DNA of 64,000 bases from Deltaproteobacteria bacterium (GCA_034670305.1 JAXMNT010000005.1:192415-256414), one strand, 5' to 3'; shown: positions 9,338-21,465, numbered from the stretch's first letter. Notes: generated by a model not told the origin, from the sequence alone. Numbers and translations: made by a program.

Positions 9338-10378
9338 CTACGAGCGGATGAGGGAGACGACTTCCGTCCAGAGCTCGGATTCTCCCATGAGCTCTACGAC
9401 GGTGATGGCCTCGGCGGCCGCTCGGCCCGACCCCACAGCATGGTCTGCTTCCAATGTCGCCGCAATCCGCTCGGCCACCGCGAGCCGGGTCGCGAGTTCG
9501 GCTCGGGCCACATCGAACGTTCGGTCGTCCGTCCAGGTGAGCGACCAGATCACATCCGCGATCCAGTCCGAGAACACTTCGCGCCGCGCCCGGTTCGAGC
9601 CAGGTCGCTGCTCGGCCCGGTCGAACGCCGCGGCCCATGGCCGCGCCGGCGTGCGCTCGAGGACGCCGTCGGGCTCGAGACAGGCGCGCATCGCCAAGAC
9701 GAACCACTGGGCCGCGAAGGAGAACCCGCTGGTGTCGGTGACACCTTCGATGAAGATGCGCTCCGACTCTTCGAGCCAGGTCGTGGTGCGGAGCTCCGGG
9801 AACGGGTCGCATCCGAGCACCAGGGCCGGCGCTTCCCCTTCGGCCAGCCGACCGAGCAGATCCGCTTCGAGGGTGCGCCACTCTTCGAATCCGACCTTGG
9901 TCTTCTTGGTGAGCGCGATCTTCTTCACGCGGCGGTCGGCCTTGAGTTTGCCACGCGCGTCGAGCAGCGCCGGAAGCACCGACGCTTCGTCGAGCAGGGG
10001 CCGGTCGCCCATGGTCCGACACGGGCAGCGGTGTTCGGTGGTGATGCGGCCGCCGCGCGGGGTGGCCACCAGACCGAGCGGGAACCGGCGGCAGAAGTTC
10101 GGCTTCTGCATCGGTCCGTGTTCCGCGTGGATCGAACACCGCTGATCGGGGAGCAGGAAGTGGCATCCGCCATCGCCCGCGATGCGAAGCACCTTCGCGT
10201 CTTCGAGTCCCGGATCGGCGTAGACGCCCTTCGGATCCGCCGCGCGCACCAGCTTCCTCTCCGCGCTGCTCAGGGGTCCGAGCACATGGATGTCGGTGCA
10301 ACACAGCCCATCGCCGAAGCAGGTGTAGCGCGCGCCGGGGCGAAGAAAGATGGGTCGAACCGAGGTCGAAGAAGACAT
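9338..10378 (-). CDS. YkgJ-family Cys-cluster (Zn/Fe) protein
   Basis: YTCFGDGLCC, GGCHFL, CSIHAEHG..KPNFCRRFP, and a later CPC. Confidence 0.75.
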   Translation of the reverse strand: MSSSTSVRPIFLRPGARYTCFGDGLCCTDIHVLGPLSSAERKLVRAADPKGVYADPGLEDAKVLRIAGDGGCHFLLPDQRCSIHAEHGPMQKPNFCRRFPLGLVATPRGGRITTEHRCPCRTMGDRPLLDEASVLPALLDARGKLKADRRVKKIALTKKTKVGFEEWRTLEADLLGRLAEGEAPALVLGCDPFPELRTTTWLEESERIFIEGVTDTSGFSFAAQWFVLAMRACLEPDGVLERTPARPWAAAFDRAEQRPGSNRARREVFSDWIADVIWSLTWTDDRTFDVARAELATRLAVAERIAATLEADHAVGSGRAAAEAITVVELMGESELWTEVVSLIRS

Positions 10379-10488
10379 CGCCCGCTAGCTAGCAGGCGCG
10401 GCCTACACGGGCGAGGACTGGTTCTTGATGGCAGGCGCGATGTGCGCGACCGCGTTCAGCGTTCAACGGCGCGTGACCGTTGCCGAGC

Positions 10489-11037
10489 TCAGCCTTCGTC
10501 GTCGAGGTCTTCGGCGAGGTAGGAGAGGATCACTTCGTCGAGCGACTTCTCGGTCAGGAGATCGCTTCCGAAGATGGAAGAGGGCGGGAGGGACGACTTC
10601 GGTTTCACGCTCGCATGCGCGGGCATCGTCTCTTGGTACTTCTTCGACTTCGGTGGCGCGGAGGGAGGCGGGTCGCTCGGGATCGGCACAGCGCCGGCCA
10701 GTCGGGCCGCGGCGGCTTCCAGCGCATCGACGTCCGGCGGGGCTTGTTTGACCTCTTGGGTCGGCTCGCTGCCTTCGTCGTCGAACTCACCATCGCGCAA
10801 AGCGATGAACATCGCCTTGTGCTGATCGCGCATCATCTGCTTGACCACATCCTTCATGTCCTCGCGTGAGACGAGCTCCGCGTAGGTGGTCTTCTTCGAG
10901 GCGATGATGCGTCCACCGTCCGCGAAGAGGTGCGTGATGATGTGGGGATGCTTGACCCCCGAGTCCTCGGTCTGGATGTGGTAGAGCTTGCCGTGGTGCC
11001 GGACGTTGGTGTTGTACCCGAGCAGGGGCGAAGCCAT
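10489..11037 (-). CDS. Conserved hypothetical protein
   Basis: Globular N-terminus (GYNTNVRHHGKLYHIQTEDSG...HIITHLF), Pro-rich linker, C-terminal KSLDEVILSYL. Codon usage is typical of the real genes here. Confidence 0.75.
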   Translation of the reverse strand: MASPLLGYNTNVRHHGKLYHIQTEDSGVKHPHIITHLFADGGRIIASKKTTYAELVSREDMKDVVKQMMRDQHKAMFIALRDGEFDDEGSEPTQEVKQAPPDVDALEAAAARLAGAVPIPSDPPPSAPPKSKKYQETMPAHASVKPKSSLPPSSIFGSDLLTEKSLDEVILSYLAEDLDDEG

Positions 11038-11206
11038 GCGCGCACTCTATCCGATGCGGGCCCCTCGTCTCAATGATCCGGCTTCGTCCAGGCCAACGGC
11101 CAGGGCATCCAGCACTGCGGCTGCTGCAGACAGCACCGCGTCGAGGCGGGCATTCAGGCAGGGCGCGGGGTGGACGCGGCCACTGCGCCGACGCACATAG
11201 GTCGAC

Positions 11207-12118
11207 ATGGGCCATGATCCGAAGAAATCCCACGGGCTGAAGGTCCAGCCTTTTGCGGCCCTCGTCGACGCGCTTCCCAAGAAGAAGGGCGGCAAGAAGA
11301 AAGCGAAGGCCAAGGTGTCGAAGGCCGACGCCGCGGGCCGATCGAAGGCGCTCAACGACGCGGCGAAGAAGGCGCTCGACGAGATGCGGCCCGAGCGGCG
11401 CTCGAAAGTGGACGCCGAAACCCGCCGCGCCGCGGCCGCGGCGAAGTCGAAACCCGCTCGGACGGAGGGTGCAACGGCGCCATCGGCTGCGTCCGGTACG
11501 CCGGGCGCGGCTGCGTCGAGCCCCGCTGTGCCGACGGCGCCACTGGAAGGCTACGAGTACGCCGACAAGGCGGCCTTCCTTCAGGAGTTCGGTGGCGTGC
11601 GCCCGCTTGGTGCGCCGGCCGGTCCCGCGCGCGGTCGGGCGAAAAAGAAGTCGAAGGTCAAAGCCAAAGCGGTCGCCGCGGTGGTCGATGCCGCGCATCG
11701 GGCCGAGGACGAGCTCGCCCGCAGCCGGCTCGGACAGCTCGTCGCGGGCGGTCTCACGTTTCACATCGAGCGCGACGGCGACCACATCACCGGCCGACGC
11801 GACAAGGTGACGATGAAGACCGTGCGGCTTCTGACCGGCGGCGAGCTGGCGCCCGAACGTTCCCTCGATCTGCATGGGCGCACCCGCGTCGAGACGAGCC
11901 GGCTCGTACGGCAGTTCGTGCGCGAAGCACACCGCGCCGGCCGCCGCACGCTGGCGATCGTGCACGGCAAAGGCACCCACAGCGCGCTTGGCGGCGTCCT
12001 GCGCGAAGCGGTGATCGAAGCGCTCACGAAGGGTGGCGCAGCGCCGCTGGTTCACGCGTTCGCGACCGCGCCCGCCCGGCTCGGCGGAGAAGGCGCCCTC
12101 CTCGTTCGACTTTCTTGA
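11207..12118 (+). CDS. Smr/MutS2 C-terminal domain protein
   Basis: SLDLHG, IVHGKGTHS, GVLREAVIEAL, GGEGALLVRL. Confidence 0.9.
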   Translation: MGHDPKKSHGLKVQPFAALVDALPKKKGGKKKAKAKVSKADAAGRSKALNDAAKKALDEMRPERRSKVDAETRRAAAAAKSKPARTEGATAPSAASGTPGAAASSPAVPTAPLEGYEYADKAAFLQEFGGVRPLGAPAGPARGRAKKKSKVKAKAVAAVVDAAHRAEDELARSRLGQLVAGGLTFHIERDGDHITGRRDKVTMKTVRLLTGGELAPERSLDLHGRTRVETSRLVRQFVREAHRAGRRTLAIVHGKGTHSALGGVLREAVIEALTKGGAAPLVHAFATAPARLGGEGALLVRLS

Positions 12119-12203
12119 TTTCCACGACGCCTGCGGCTGCGCCTCCGGCTATGCACGCCGACCACGCGTTCGACTCGTGGCCAACGCCCGCTATGGTCGC
12201 GGC

Positions 12204-13025
12204 ATGCTCGACCAGTTGAAGACCGCTGCCACCATCGCCCGCGAGGCGGGGGAGATCATCCGCGAGGTCTACGCCAAAGACTTCGCCGTGGCCTACAAGA
12301 GCGCGCGCGATCCGGTGACGGATGCCGACACCCGCGCGAACACCTTCATCGTCAACGCGCTTCGCAAGGCGTTCCCAGACGACGGCATCGTGGCCGAAGA
12401 GAGCAAGGACAACAGCGACGCGCTCGCGTCCGGCCGGGTCTGGTACGTCGATCCGCTCGATGGCACCAAAGAGTTCATCGCCAAGAACGGCGAGTTCGCG
12501 GTGATGCTCGGGCTGGCCGTCGACGGGGAGTCGAAGCTCGGCGTCGTGTACCAGGTCGCGAAAGAGAAGCTCTACACCGCGGTGGTCGGCGAAGGCGCGT
12601 GGCTCGAGACCAAGGAGGGCACGAAGCCGCTCGAGGTCAGCCAAGAAGCGGACCCGTCCAAGCTGAAGCTCGTCTGCTCGCGCTCGCACCGATCCAAAGA
12701 AGTCGATCTCACGGTCGAGCGGCTCGGCATCACCGACGAACGCAAGAGTGGGTCGGTGGGGATCAAGGTCGGGCTCATCGCCGAACAGACCGTCGACCTC
12801 TACGTGCACATGTCCGACCGCAGCTCGCACTGGGACGCCTGCGGACCGGAAGCGATCCTGCGCGGCGCCGGTGGCCGCTTCGCGCGGGTCGACGGAGTCC
12901 CGTACTCGTACGGTGGCAAAGATCTGCGCACCACCGGCGGCATCCTCGCCTGCAACGCCGCCGCCTACGACGCGGTTCTGCCGGTCGTCACGAAGATCGC
13001 GAAAGAGACCGGCTTCCTCTCGTAG
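12204..13025 (+). CDS. cysQ: 3'(2'),5'-bisphosphate nucleotidase / inositol monophosphatase family
   Basis: PVTDAD, AEES, WYVDPLDGTKEFI, SRSH, WDACGPEAIL motifs. Confidence 0.85.
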   Translation: MLDQLKTAATIAREAGEIIREVYAKDFAVAYKSARDPVTDADTRANTFIVNALRKAFPDDGIVAEESKDNSDALASGRVWYVDPLDGTKEFIAKNGEFAVMLGLAVDGESKLGVVYQVAKEKLYTAVVGEGAWLETKEGTKPLEVSQEADPSKLKLVCSRSHRSKEVDLTVERLGITDERKSGSVGIKVGLIAEQTVDLYVHMSDRSSHWDACGPEAILRGAGGRFARVDGVPYSYGGKDLRTTGGILACNAAAYDAVLPVVTKIAKETGFLS

Positions 13026-13040
13026 GCGCGCCAGCGCCTA

Positions 13041-13075
13041 CCCCTTGCCCTTGCCCTTGCCCCTGCCCTTGCCCT
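13041..13075. repeat. (GCCCTT)n hexamer tract
   Basis: ccccttgcccttgcccttgcccctgcccttgccc just after the cysQ stop codon. Confidence 0.85.
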
Positions 13076-13110
13076 CGAAGGCTGTTTGGGTTGGGGCTGC
13101 TCGATGCTCG

Positions 13111-14019
13111 TCAGTCGACCGGACTGAGTTCGCGCGACCGGAGAAACCGTTCCGCGTGTCGGCGGATCCGGCGGAGCTGGCCCGCGTCGAAGAAGGGCGG
13201 TCCCTCGCCGCGCTCGTAGCTCATGATGTTGCCGGGCGTGGCGCTGTGCGGGTTGCCGAAGAAGTGCCCGAGCTCGTGGGCGAGCACCGTCGAGCCCGCG
13301 ATGGCGCTCAGGATGCAGTAGTGCTGGGTGGAGGCGCTGCCGCGGCGTGAGCGCCAGTGCACGCCCCGAATGAAGCGGCCCGCGATGTCGACGTCGGCCA
13401 GCGAGCGCACGACGAAGACGTTGATGACGTTCGGCACGACGTGGGGGTTGAGTCGGTGGCGGTGCCCGCGCGTGATCAGATCCGGTCCTTCGCCTTCGAG
13501 CGCCACGCGTTCGCCGCTCCGGAACGCGACGTCCGCGGGGGCGAAGATCTCATTGGCGCGGGCGACCTGTGCGTCGAGCCAGCCTTCGGTCACCACCGCC
13601 CGCCCATCCACGTGGGCGGTCTGAAACCGGATCTCGAACGTGGTGGTGTCGGCCTGCGCCGGGCGCGTGACCAGGAGGGTCGCGGCGAGCAGCAGCAGAG
13701 CCGCGACGTGCAGCCACCCGTGCCCGTGCAGCCACCCGTGCCCGCCGGCTGAAGCCGATCCCGAAGCCGAAGCCGAAGCCGAAGCCGATCCCGAAGCCGA
13801 TCCCGAAGCCGAAGCCGACGCCGAAGCCGAAGCCGACGCCGACGCCGACGGCGAAGCCGACGCCGATCCCGAAGCCGGAGCCGAAGCCGACGCCGACGGC
13901 GAAGCCGAAGCCGATCCCGAAGCCGATCCCGAAGCCGGAGCCGAAGCCGGAGCCGACGCCGAAGCGCGGGGAGGTGGCCGTTTCTCTCGGCGCTGGGGTG
14001 GGTTCGTTCGATGCCGCAC
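13111..14019 (-). CDS. Secreted metzincin zinc metalloprotease
   Basis: [11 protein letters not shown] (HExxHxxGxxH) plus Met-turn NIM. Hydrophobic signal [18 protein letters not shown]. Start is uncertain because a hexamer tract encoding (SA)n lies in frame upstream. Confidence 0.75.
   Translation of the reverse strand: MRHRTNPPQRREKRPPPRASASAPASAPASGSASGSASASPSASASAPASGSASASPSASASASASASASASGSASGSASASASASGSASAGGHGWLHGHGWLHVAALLLLAATLLVTRPAQADTTTFEIRFQTAHVDGRAVVTEGWLDAQVARANEIFAPADVAFRSGERVALEGEGPDLITRGHRHRLNPHVVPNVINVFVVRSLADVDIAGRFIRGVHWRSRRGSASTQHYCILSAIAGSTVLAHELGHFFGNPHSATPGNIMSYERGEGPPFFDAGQLRRIRRHAERFLRSRELSPVD
13750..13964. repeat. (GAAGCC/GATCCC/GACGCC)n hexamer tract
   Basis: Direct reading of tandem gaagcc, gatccc and gacgcc units. 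Confidence 0.9.
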
Positions 14020-14102
14020 GGGGGCAGCCTAGCGCGGGAGGGCACCTGTGGCGCCATGCGCTCGGCTGGCGGGGGGCGCGGTTGCGCCGTAGTACCTCAC
14101 GC

Positions 14103-15392
<1,290 letters not shown>

Positions 15393-15422
15393 GCGTCCCA
15401 AAGCGATCGTAGGGTGTGCGTC

Positions 15423-15929
15423 ATGGACGAACGCATCTCGACCTTCGAAGAGTTCTGGCCCTACTACCTGAGCGAGCACCGCGACCCGAACTCGCGGCGT
15501 CTGCATTTCGTGGGCACCGGTGGCTGGTTCGTCTCTGTGGCCGCTTCCGCGGTGCTGAACCCGGTCGCGTTCCCGCTCGCGATGCTCGGCTTCGCGGCGC
15601 TGCTCCGCGACGGCGTGAAGAGCGAGGGCGAGGGCCCCGCGTTCAAACACATCGCCGGCATGGTGGCGCTTCCCACGATGGCCTCGCCCCTCTTTCCCGC
15701 CGGCGTCGTCTTCGCGTACGCCTGCGCGTGGATCGGTCACTTCCGGATCGAGAAGAACCGTCCGGCCACCTTCAAGTACCCGCTGTGGTCGTTCGTGGGC
15801 GACATGAAGATGTGGACACTCATGGCGCGCGGAAAACTCTGGAACGGCGACCCGCTCGAAGAGCTCGGCCTCGACGATCCCTACCGCGAAGTCCCGACCG
15901 AGATCCCGCACTCCACCGTCTACGCGTAG
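15423..15929 (+). CDS. DUF962/Mpo1-like membrane protein
   Basis: FEEFWPYYLSEH, RRLHFVGT, AWIGHFRIEKNRPATFKYPLWS. Confidence 0.85.
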   Translation: MDERISTFEEFWPYYLSEHRDPNSRRLHFVGTGGWFVSVAASAVLNPVAFPLAMLGFAALLRDGVKSEGEGPAFKHIAGMVALPTMASPLFPAGVVFAYACAWIGHFRIEKNRPATFKYPLWSFVGDMKMWTLMARGKLWNGDPLEELGLDDPYREVPTEIPHSTVYA

Positions 15930-15964
15930 CCGCCGTTCGGGTGGGCTCGGTGTAGTCTGACGCG

Positions 15965-17203
15965 GTGCGTCCGGACCTCACCTTCGTCTGCGCGCGCTGC
16001 CGGGTGCGGCAGTGCCGGCCGCTGCGTGGTTTGATCTGTCCGATCTGCGGCACGGCTGGGTTGCCCGGAGACGAGACCAGCCTGACGCGCTCGCTTCGTC
16101 CTTGGCCGGCGCTGCCGTGGCGACTCTTGGCGTGGGCGCTCGGCGTGCTCGGCATCCTCACCGCGATCGGCACGCCGGCGATGACGGTCGTGACGCTGGT
16201 GGCGATGTTGTTCGAAGAAGAGTCCCACGAGTACATCGCCATTGCGGTGGGGGTCATGCCCTTCGCGATGATGGGGCTCGGGTTCGCCATCGGCGTACTC
16301 GTCGGCGTGGGGGGCGGCATCGCGGTGTTCGCGATCGTCTTGGTGGTGGTGATCCTCCGTCCGGCCCGCGACTTCCGGGTGCTCCCGCTGCAAGGTCCGG
16401 CCCCCGCGGTGAAACCGGGATGGGCGCTCCGGCCATTGATCTGGCTCGAACGCAAGGTGCGCCCGCACAAGTCCGACGAGAAGATCCGAAAGCTCCAGTT
16501 CAGGCTGATTGGGTTGGGGCTCGTCCTGGCGTTGCTCGGAGCGCTTGCGCTCGACCGCCAAGAGTATCTGGTGCTGCTGTGCGTGAACGGTTTCGGTTTG
16601 TTCTTGTGGTCGCTCGGCTGGGTCGCCTGGCTGCATCTGGTGCTGCGAGGGACCGGCACGCTCTTGGACATGGCCGCGCCCACCGATGCCGAGCGGCGGC
16701 TCGCGGCGTTGGGGGACAAGCCGGAGTGGATGGAGGACGCGACGACCGGTCGCCGCTCGGTGCAAGGCCGGGTGCATCAGGCGCTCGGTCCCCTCTTGGA
16801 GGTCCCGGACGGCGGGCCGGACGCGATCGCGTGGCACGTTCAAGGACGCGCCGATGCGCATGCGATCGACGACGCGAACGCGACTTCGTTTCTGCTCGAG
16901 ACGGACGGCGGAAAACACGTCGCAATCCTCGTCGGCCCGCACATGCTCGTCGACCTCGACCCTGGCGAGCCGAGCAAGGTCGTGCTCTCGGAGACGTTCC
17001 TCAAAGACCGCGGGCTGCTCGACACGACGGTTCGCGCGAGCGCCCGCCGGCTGGCGGTGGGGGACCGGATCGTGGTCTGGGGCGAACCGGCCAAACACCA
17101 CGATCAGACGGGGGGCTACCGGGGTGTGGAGATCGACGCACTGACCGCGGGCCAACGACCGCTGGTCATCCGGCCGGTGGATGGTGGATCCTCGCCGGCA
17201 TGA
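15965..17203 (+). CDS. Hypothetical membrane protein with N-terminal Zn-ribbon-like CxxC pairs
   Basis: CARC...CPIC, several TM helices and a soluble C-terminal domain. ATGA-coupled to the next gene. Confidence 0.6.
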   Translation: MRPDLTFVCARCRVRQCRPLRGLICPICGTAGLPGDETSLTRSLRPWPALPWRLLAWALGVLGILTAIGTPAMTVVTLVAMLFEEESHEYIAIAVGVMPFAMMGLGFAIGVLVGVGGGIAVFAIVLVVVILRPARDFRVLPLQGPAPAVKPGWALRPLIWLERKVRPHKSDEKIRKLQFRLIGLGLVLALLGALALDRQEYLVLLCVNGFGLFLWSLGWVAWLHLVLRGTGTLLDMAAPTDAERRLAALGDKPEWMEDATTGRRSVQGRVHQALGPLLEVPDGGPDAIAWHVQGRADAHAIDDANATSFLLETDGGKHVAILVGPHMLVDLDPGEPSKVVLSETFLKDRGLLDTTVRASARRLAVGDRIVVWGEPAKHHDQTGGYRGVEIDALTAGQRPLVIRPVDGGSSPA

Positions 17204-17829
17204 GTTCGGTACGTCGCTGGGTCCTGGGTGCGAGTCTGATGGGCGCGAGTCTGGTGGGTGGGTTCGGGTGCGAGGAGCCCCCGCCACCACCAGAGCCGGA
17301 GACGCCCGCCGTCGAGGAGCGGCCCGCGCCGACCCCCCCGCCCGAGCTCGCCGAGTTGCCCACCCAGGCGGTCGGGCGCGGACTGGTCGCCTTCGTCGAC
17401 GTCGGCTCCAATGGGTTCGAGTTCGACGCGACGGAAGTCGAAGCTGGGTTCGGGGCCGAAGACGATCGGCGTCTGTTGGTGTTGAGTGAACCCTCGACGG
17501 TGCAGACCCAGCGCAAGGTGCGCGTGGTGAGCGGACCGCTCGCGGTCGGTTCGTACGCCGTCGCGACCGGGGCCCAACCGGGCGAAGGCGAGGTGGGCAT
17601 CGCGCTCGACAGTCTCGGTCAGCTTCGCGTGGTCGGCGGCACCCTCGAGGTCACCGCGGTGTCGGACGAGGCGATCGAGGGCACGTTGGATCTGCAGGTT
17701 CGGCATTTGCTCGGTGGGTCCGAGCCCACCCAGCTGCGCGCCCGGTTCCACGCGAACCGAGAGCCGTTCTACGACGGGCAACTCCAACAAGAACGCATCA
17801 TTCGCAACCGCCTGAAGAAGGGCCGGTGA
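17200..17829 (+). CDS. Hypothetical lipoprotein
   Basis: MSSVRRWVLGASLMGASLVGGFGC lipobox-like signal, Pro-rich linker, beta-rich domain. Confidence 0.65.
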   Translation: MSSVRRWVLGASLMGASLVGGFGCEEPPPPPEPETPAVEERPAPTPPPELAELPTQAVGRGLVAFVDVGSNGFEFDATEVEAGFGAEDDRRLLVLSEPSTVQTQRKVRVVSGPLAVGSYAVATGAQPGEGEVGIALDSLGQLRVVGGTLEVTAVSDEAIEGTLDLQVRHLLGGSEPTQLRARFHANREPFYDGQLQQERIIRNRLKKGR

Positions 17830-17856
17830 CGGCGCGATTCGATCGACGACCGCGGT

Positions 17857-19533
17857 TTACTCGAGGCGTTCGATGCGGCGCTGAAGTCGTTCGAGTTCGC
17901 GCCGCGCGGACGCATCTTCTTCGGCAGCGAGCGCGCGCTCCAGGGGCGCCATCGCGTCGTGTCCCCAGTAGCGGCGGATGTTCGGCCAGACGTGGAAGAG
18001 CATGTCGTCGCCGTGTCCGACGATGTGCAAGAGATCGGCGAGCGTCTGTGGATCGCTGGGTGCGCCAGCGTCGAGCCGCAGCGCCTTCTCGTAGCGCTCG
18101 AACGCGGCGGTGTGCCACCCACGGCTCATGAACGCGCGCGCGAACACCATCTGCCCCCGCACGTCCTCGCGGTTGCGCCCGGTGTAGGAGTAGAGCTCGC
18201 GAAAGTCTTCGTCGCCGAACTCGTGCCCGGCCGCAATGCGATCCAGCGTCGTCTGCAAGAGCGCTGGCAACTCCCCCGCCAACGGCCCCCCCGCCACCGA
18301 GGCAACGCCTGCCGTCTCGGTCTCGGTTCCGGCTTCGGGATCGGCTGCGGGATCGGCTTCGGGATCGGCTTCGGTTCCGGCTTCGGGATCGGCTGCGGGA
18401 TCGGCTTCGGGATCGGCTTCGGGATCGGCTTCGGGATCGGCTTCGGGATCGGCTTCGGGATCGACTTCGGGATCGGCTTCGGGATCGGCTTCGGGATCGG
18501 CTTCGGCTTCGGTCGAGGTCTCGGTCGAGGTCTCCGCAACGACCTCGCCGCCGTCCTCTCCGCGCACCAGCCACGCCGCGACCCCCGCGCCGATCAACAC
18601 CACCACCGCCAGCACGTAAGGCCACCGCGCGCGCGCCGACGGCTCGTCGGCCTCGACTTTGGACGGCGGCGTGACGTTCCACAGCGGCGTCACTTCGCGG
18701 GGCGGCGGAAGCGTCGCCTGGGCCGGCGTCTCGAGCACTTCCAGCGCTAGTGCCTCGCGCATCTCGTCCGCGCTCTTGAACCGTTCGCCCGGCGCGTGTT
18801 TCATCGATTTGCGCACCACGTCCAGCAACCCGGGCACACGCTCGAACGACCCTGGCGGAGGTTCGCCCTTGCCCGGCGCGAAGCCGGAGATCATGTGGTG
18901 CAGGAGCGCACCGACCGAGTAGAGGTCGGCTTCGGCCGAACCGCGCGCGCCGCCCAGGATCTCGGGCGCGAGGTACCGGATCGCGCTCGGGCCACTGCCG
19001 CGTCCGGTGGGACCGGTTCGGTCGGAGGGCGCGGCCCGCCGAAGGATCGCCGCGATGCCCACCCCCACGATCGAGACCGCCTGATCGGAGAGCAAGATGT
19101 TGCTCGGCGTCAGGTCGCCGTGAAACGCGCCGCTTCCATGGATGACCTGCAGTGCTTCGAGCACCCGGCGCGCGATGTGGAGCGCACGCCGCGGGTCGAT
19201 CGCGCCTTCGTCGGCCAGCGTGTCACCAAGCGGCGCGCCTGGGACGCGGTCGTACGCGACGAAAGGTACGCCGTGCTGAACGCCCGCCTCGAGGATCCGC
19301 ACGAGGGTGGGTGCCTCGATGCTCTTGATCTCCTCCATCGCCCGGTAGAAGAGGCGGCTGTTCTCCGGCTGCGACTCACAGTCGAGGGGCAACACCGCCA
19401 GCGCCAGGTCGCCATGAAGGGTCGAACCGCCGTAGTAGAGGGCAAGACCTCCCCAATTGAGCTTCTCCCGGACGGTGAATCGTCCGGCAAACAGCTCGGC
19501 GAGGGTCGCCAGTTGCTCGTCCCGGGGGGCCAA
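17857..19533 (-). CDS. Membrane Ser/Thr protein kinase-like protein (probable pseudokinase)
   Basis: Kinase fold ([23 protein letters not shown]) but the VAIK lysine and DFG are absent. TM helix, (EADP)n stalk, helical/TPR-like C-terminus. Confidence 0.85.
   Translation of the reverse strand: MAPRDEQLATLAELFAGRFTVREKLNWGGLALYYGGSTLHGDLALAVLPLDCESQPENSRLFYRAMEEIKSIEAPTLVRILEAGVQHGVPFVAYDRVPGAPLGDTLADEGAIDPRRALHIARRVLEALQVIHGSGAFHGDLTPSNILLSDQAVSIVGVGIAAILRRAAPSDRTGPTGRGSGPSAIRYLAPEILGGARGSAEADLYSVGALLHHMISGFAPGKGEPPPGSFERVPGLLDVVRKSMKHAPGERFKSADEMREALALEVLETPAQATLPPPREVTPLWNVTPPSKVEADEPSARARWPYVLAVVVLIGAGVAAWLVRGEDGGEVVAETSTETSTEAEADPEADPEADPEVDPEADPEADPEADPEADPEADPAADPEAGTEADPEADPAADPEAGTETETAGVASVAGGPLAGELPALLQTTLDRIAAGHEFGDEDFRELYSYTGRNREDVRGQMVFARAFMSRGWHTAAFERYEKALRLDAGAPSDPQTLADLLHIVGHGDDMLFHVWPNIRRYWGHDAMAPLERALAAEEDASARRELERLQRRIERLE
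18330..18512. repeat. (GGCTTCGGGATC)n tract, in frame in the pseudokinase
   Basis: Tandem 12-mer units encoding EADP on the minus strand. Confidence 0.9.
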
Positions 19534-19740
19534 GACCGCAGAGCATACTGAACTGCCGCTGCGGGCACCACGCCTTCGACCGGTCCTTTTCTACATGCTT
19601 TCGACCCACAAAGCCCTGTGATGGGGCAACCCGCGGCTGTCGGCCCTCCCGCGTCGGGGGTTTCCCCACAGTTTGGGTGATACGATGGCGGAATACTTTG
19701 ATCTCAGCGGCTGGTGGGGCCCAGTCGCACGGGAGTTCCG

Positions 19741-20115
19741 ATGGCAATGAAATCTGTGTTGGTGGTCGAGGATGATCCGCTCAACGCGCATCTGTTGAGC
19801 TTGTATCTGCGCGCGCACGGGTACCGACCCTACGTGGCGCGGGATGGGGTCGCGGGTGTGGAGTCGTTCGAGAAGAACCAGCAGGATCTGGTCCTCATCG
19901 ACGTCCAGCTGCCCCGGAAAAATGGGTTCGAGGTGTGTTTCGATGTCAAACGCACCACGGCGGGTCGGAACACCCCAGTGCTCTTGATGAGCGCCGTCTA
20001 CACCGACACCGAGCACGCGGCGCGCTACTCCGAAGATCTGCACGCGGAGGGCTACTTGATGAAACCATTCGACATGAACGAGTTGCTCGACCGGGTCCGA
20101 AACCTGATCGGCTGA
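19741..20115 (+). CDS. Single-domain response regulator
   Basis: VLVVEDD, DLVLIDVQLP, NGFEVC, LMSA, YLMKPF. Confidence 0.9.
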   Translation: MAMKSVLVVEDDPLNAHLLSLYLRAHGYRPYVARDGVAGVESFEKNQQDLVLIDVQLPRKNGFEVCFDVKRTTAGRNTPVLLMSAVYTDTEHAARYSEDLHAEGYLMKPFDMNELLDRVRNLIG

Positions 20116-20127
20116 TCGGCTGAGCCC

Positions 20128-21465
20128 ATGCGCTCCCTGATCCCGAGCTACGCGCTCGAGATGGGTCTGCCCGCGCGCAGGCCCAACCTCCGCTGGGGGG
20201 TTCGGAGCGGCTACGCACTCACTGGGGCGTTCCTGGCCCTCGCGCTGCTCGGGGGCGAGACCGGCATCGTGCCCCACCGCCCGGGCATCTACGCGCTGCT
20301 CGCCGCCAAACTCGCGACCAACACCCTGGCCTGGGCGACCCTCGCGAACGAGCGCCAGGTGCTGTTCTGGTCGACGCTCAACATGCTGATGGACGTGGTC
20401 GTGTTGACGGGCGGCGTGCACTTCACCGGCGGCGCACTGAGTCCGCTGTTTGCGACCTACGTCATTCTGATCGCGGTCGTCGCGCTGCTCACCAACCGCG
20501 GCGTGACCATCACCGTGACGGTCTGCGCCTTCGTCTGCCACAGCGCGGCGCTGACGCTCGGATGGGCAGGCGTCATCGAGACCTTTCCACCGCCCGCGTC
20601 GGTGCCTTACGAGCTCACCGGCGCGCAGCTGATCCTGGCGATCGGATTCGCCGCGTTCACGCTCGGCGTTACGACCGCGTTCACGACCGGCCTCGTCGTT
20701 CAGCGCGATCAACGACAGCGCGCGCTCGAGGCCCGCACCCGCGAGCTGCTCGAAGCGGGCACCCAGAAGAGCCTTTTCATGGCGAACATCACGCACGAGC
20801 TCCGCACGCCCATCCACGGCATCTGCGGGGTCGCCGACGTGCTCGACGCGGAGCTCTACGGGCCCGTCAGCGACGACCAGAAAGAAGCGCACCGCGCGAT
20901 CCGCGAGAGCGCCAAAGGCATGCTTCGCCTCATCGACGACTTGCTCACGCTGGCGCGTTCCGAAGCCGGCTCGCTCCCGCTCCGCCCCGAGCGGGTGATC
21001 GTCGATGAGGTGGTCGAAGGCGTCGCGTCGGCGGTCCGCTGGATGATCGGCACCAAGTCGCTCGAGCTCGTCATCGACCTCGAACCGGACCTGCCGAGGA
21101 TGACGGTCGACCGCGGTCGGCTCGTGCAGGTGCTCGTGAACCTGATGACCAACGCGGTGAAGTTCACCCCCGACGAAGGCCGCGTCGGCCTGGTCGTGCG
21201 CCGCGAGGGCGAGGGCATGCGTTTCGAGATCTCCGATTCCGGCATCGGCATCCCGATCGCGGAACAGGCGCGGGTCTTCGAAGCCTTTCGGCAAGTCGAC
21301 GGTTCGGACGAACGCGCCTACGGCGGCGTCGGCCTCGGCTTGGCGATCGTGCACCGCGTCGTCGCCGCGCTTGGAGGAAGGATCACCTTCGAGAGCGCGA
21401 TGGGCGAAGGCACCACCTTCCGCGTGTGGCTCCCGATGGAACCGTCAGAAACCGCCTCGGAGTAG
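20128..21465 (+). CDS. Membrane sensor histidine kinase
   Basis: Multiple TM helices, H-box ITHELRTP, N-box NLMTNAVKF, DSGIGI, GGVGLGLAI, GTTF. Confidence 0.92.
   Translation: MRSLIPSYALEMGLPARRPNLRWGVRSGYALTGAFLALALLGGETGIVPHRPGIYALLAAKLATNTLAWATLANERQVLFWSTLNMLMDVVVLTGGVHFTGGALSPLFATYVILIAVVALLTNRGVTITVTVCAFVCHSAALTLGWAGVIETFPPPASVPYELTGAQLILAIGFAAFTLGVTTAFTTGLVVQRDQRQRALEARTRELLEAGTQKSLFMANITHELRTPIHGICGVADVLDAELYGPVSDDQKEAHRAIRESAKGMLRLIDDLLTLARSEAGSLPLRPERVIVDEVVEGVASAVRWMIGTKSLELVIDLEPDLPRMTVDRGRLVQVLVNLMTNAVKFTPDEGRVGLVVRREGEGMRFEISDSGIGIPIAEQARVFEAFRQVDGSDERAYGGVGLGLAIVHRVVAALGGRITFESAMGEGTTFRVWLPMEPSETASE

Noticed and set aside
5638-9351. 1237-aa plus-strand ORF
   Set aside because: Antisense shadow of the two NIDO genes. 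High-GC codon bias leaves few stops, and no motifs are present.
19600-19680. DnaA-box-like ttccccaca in the pseudokinase/response-regulator intergenic region
   Set aside because: A single box with two mismatches, not enough to call.
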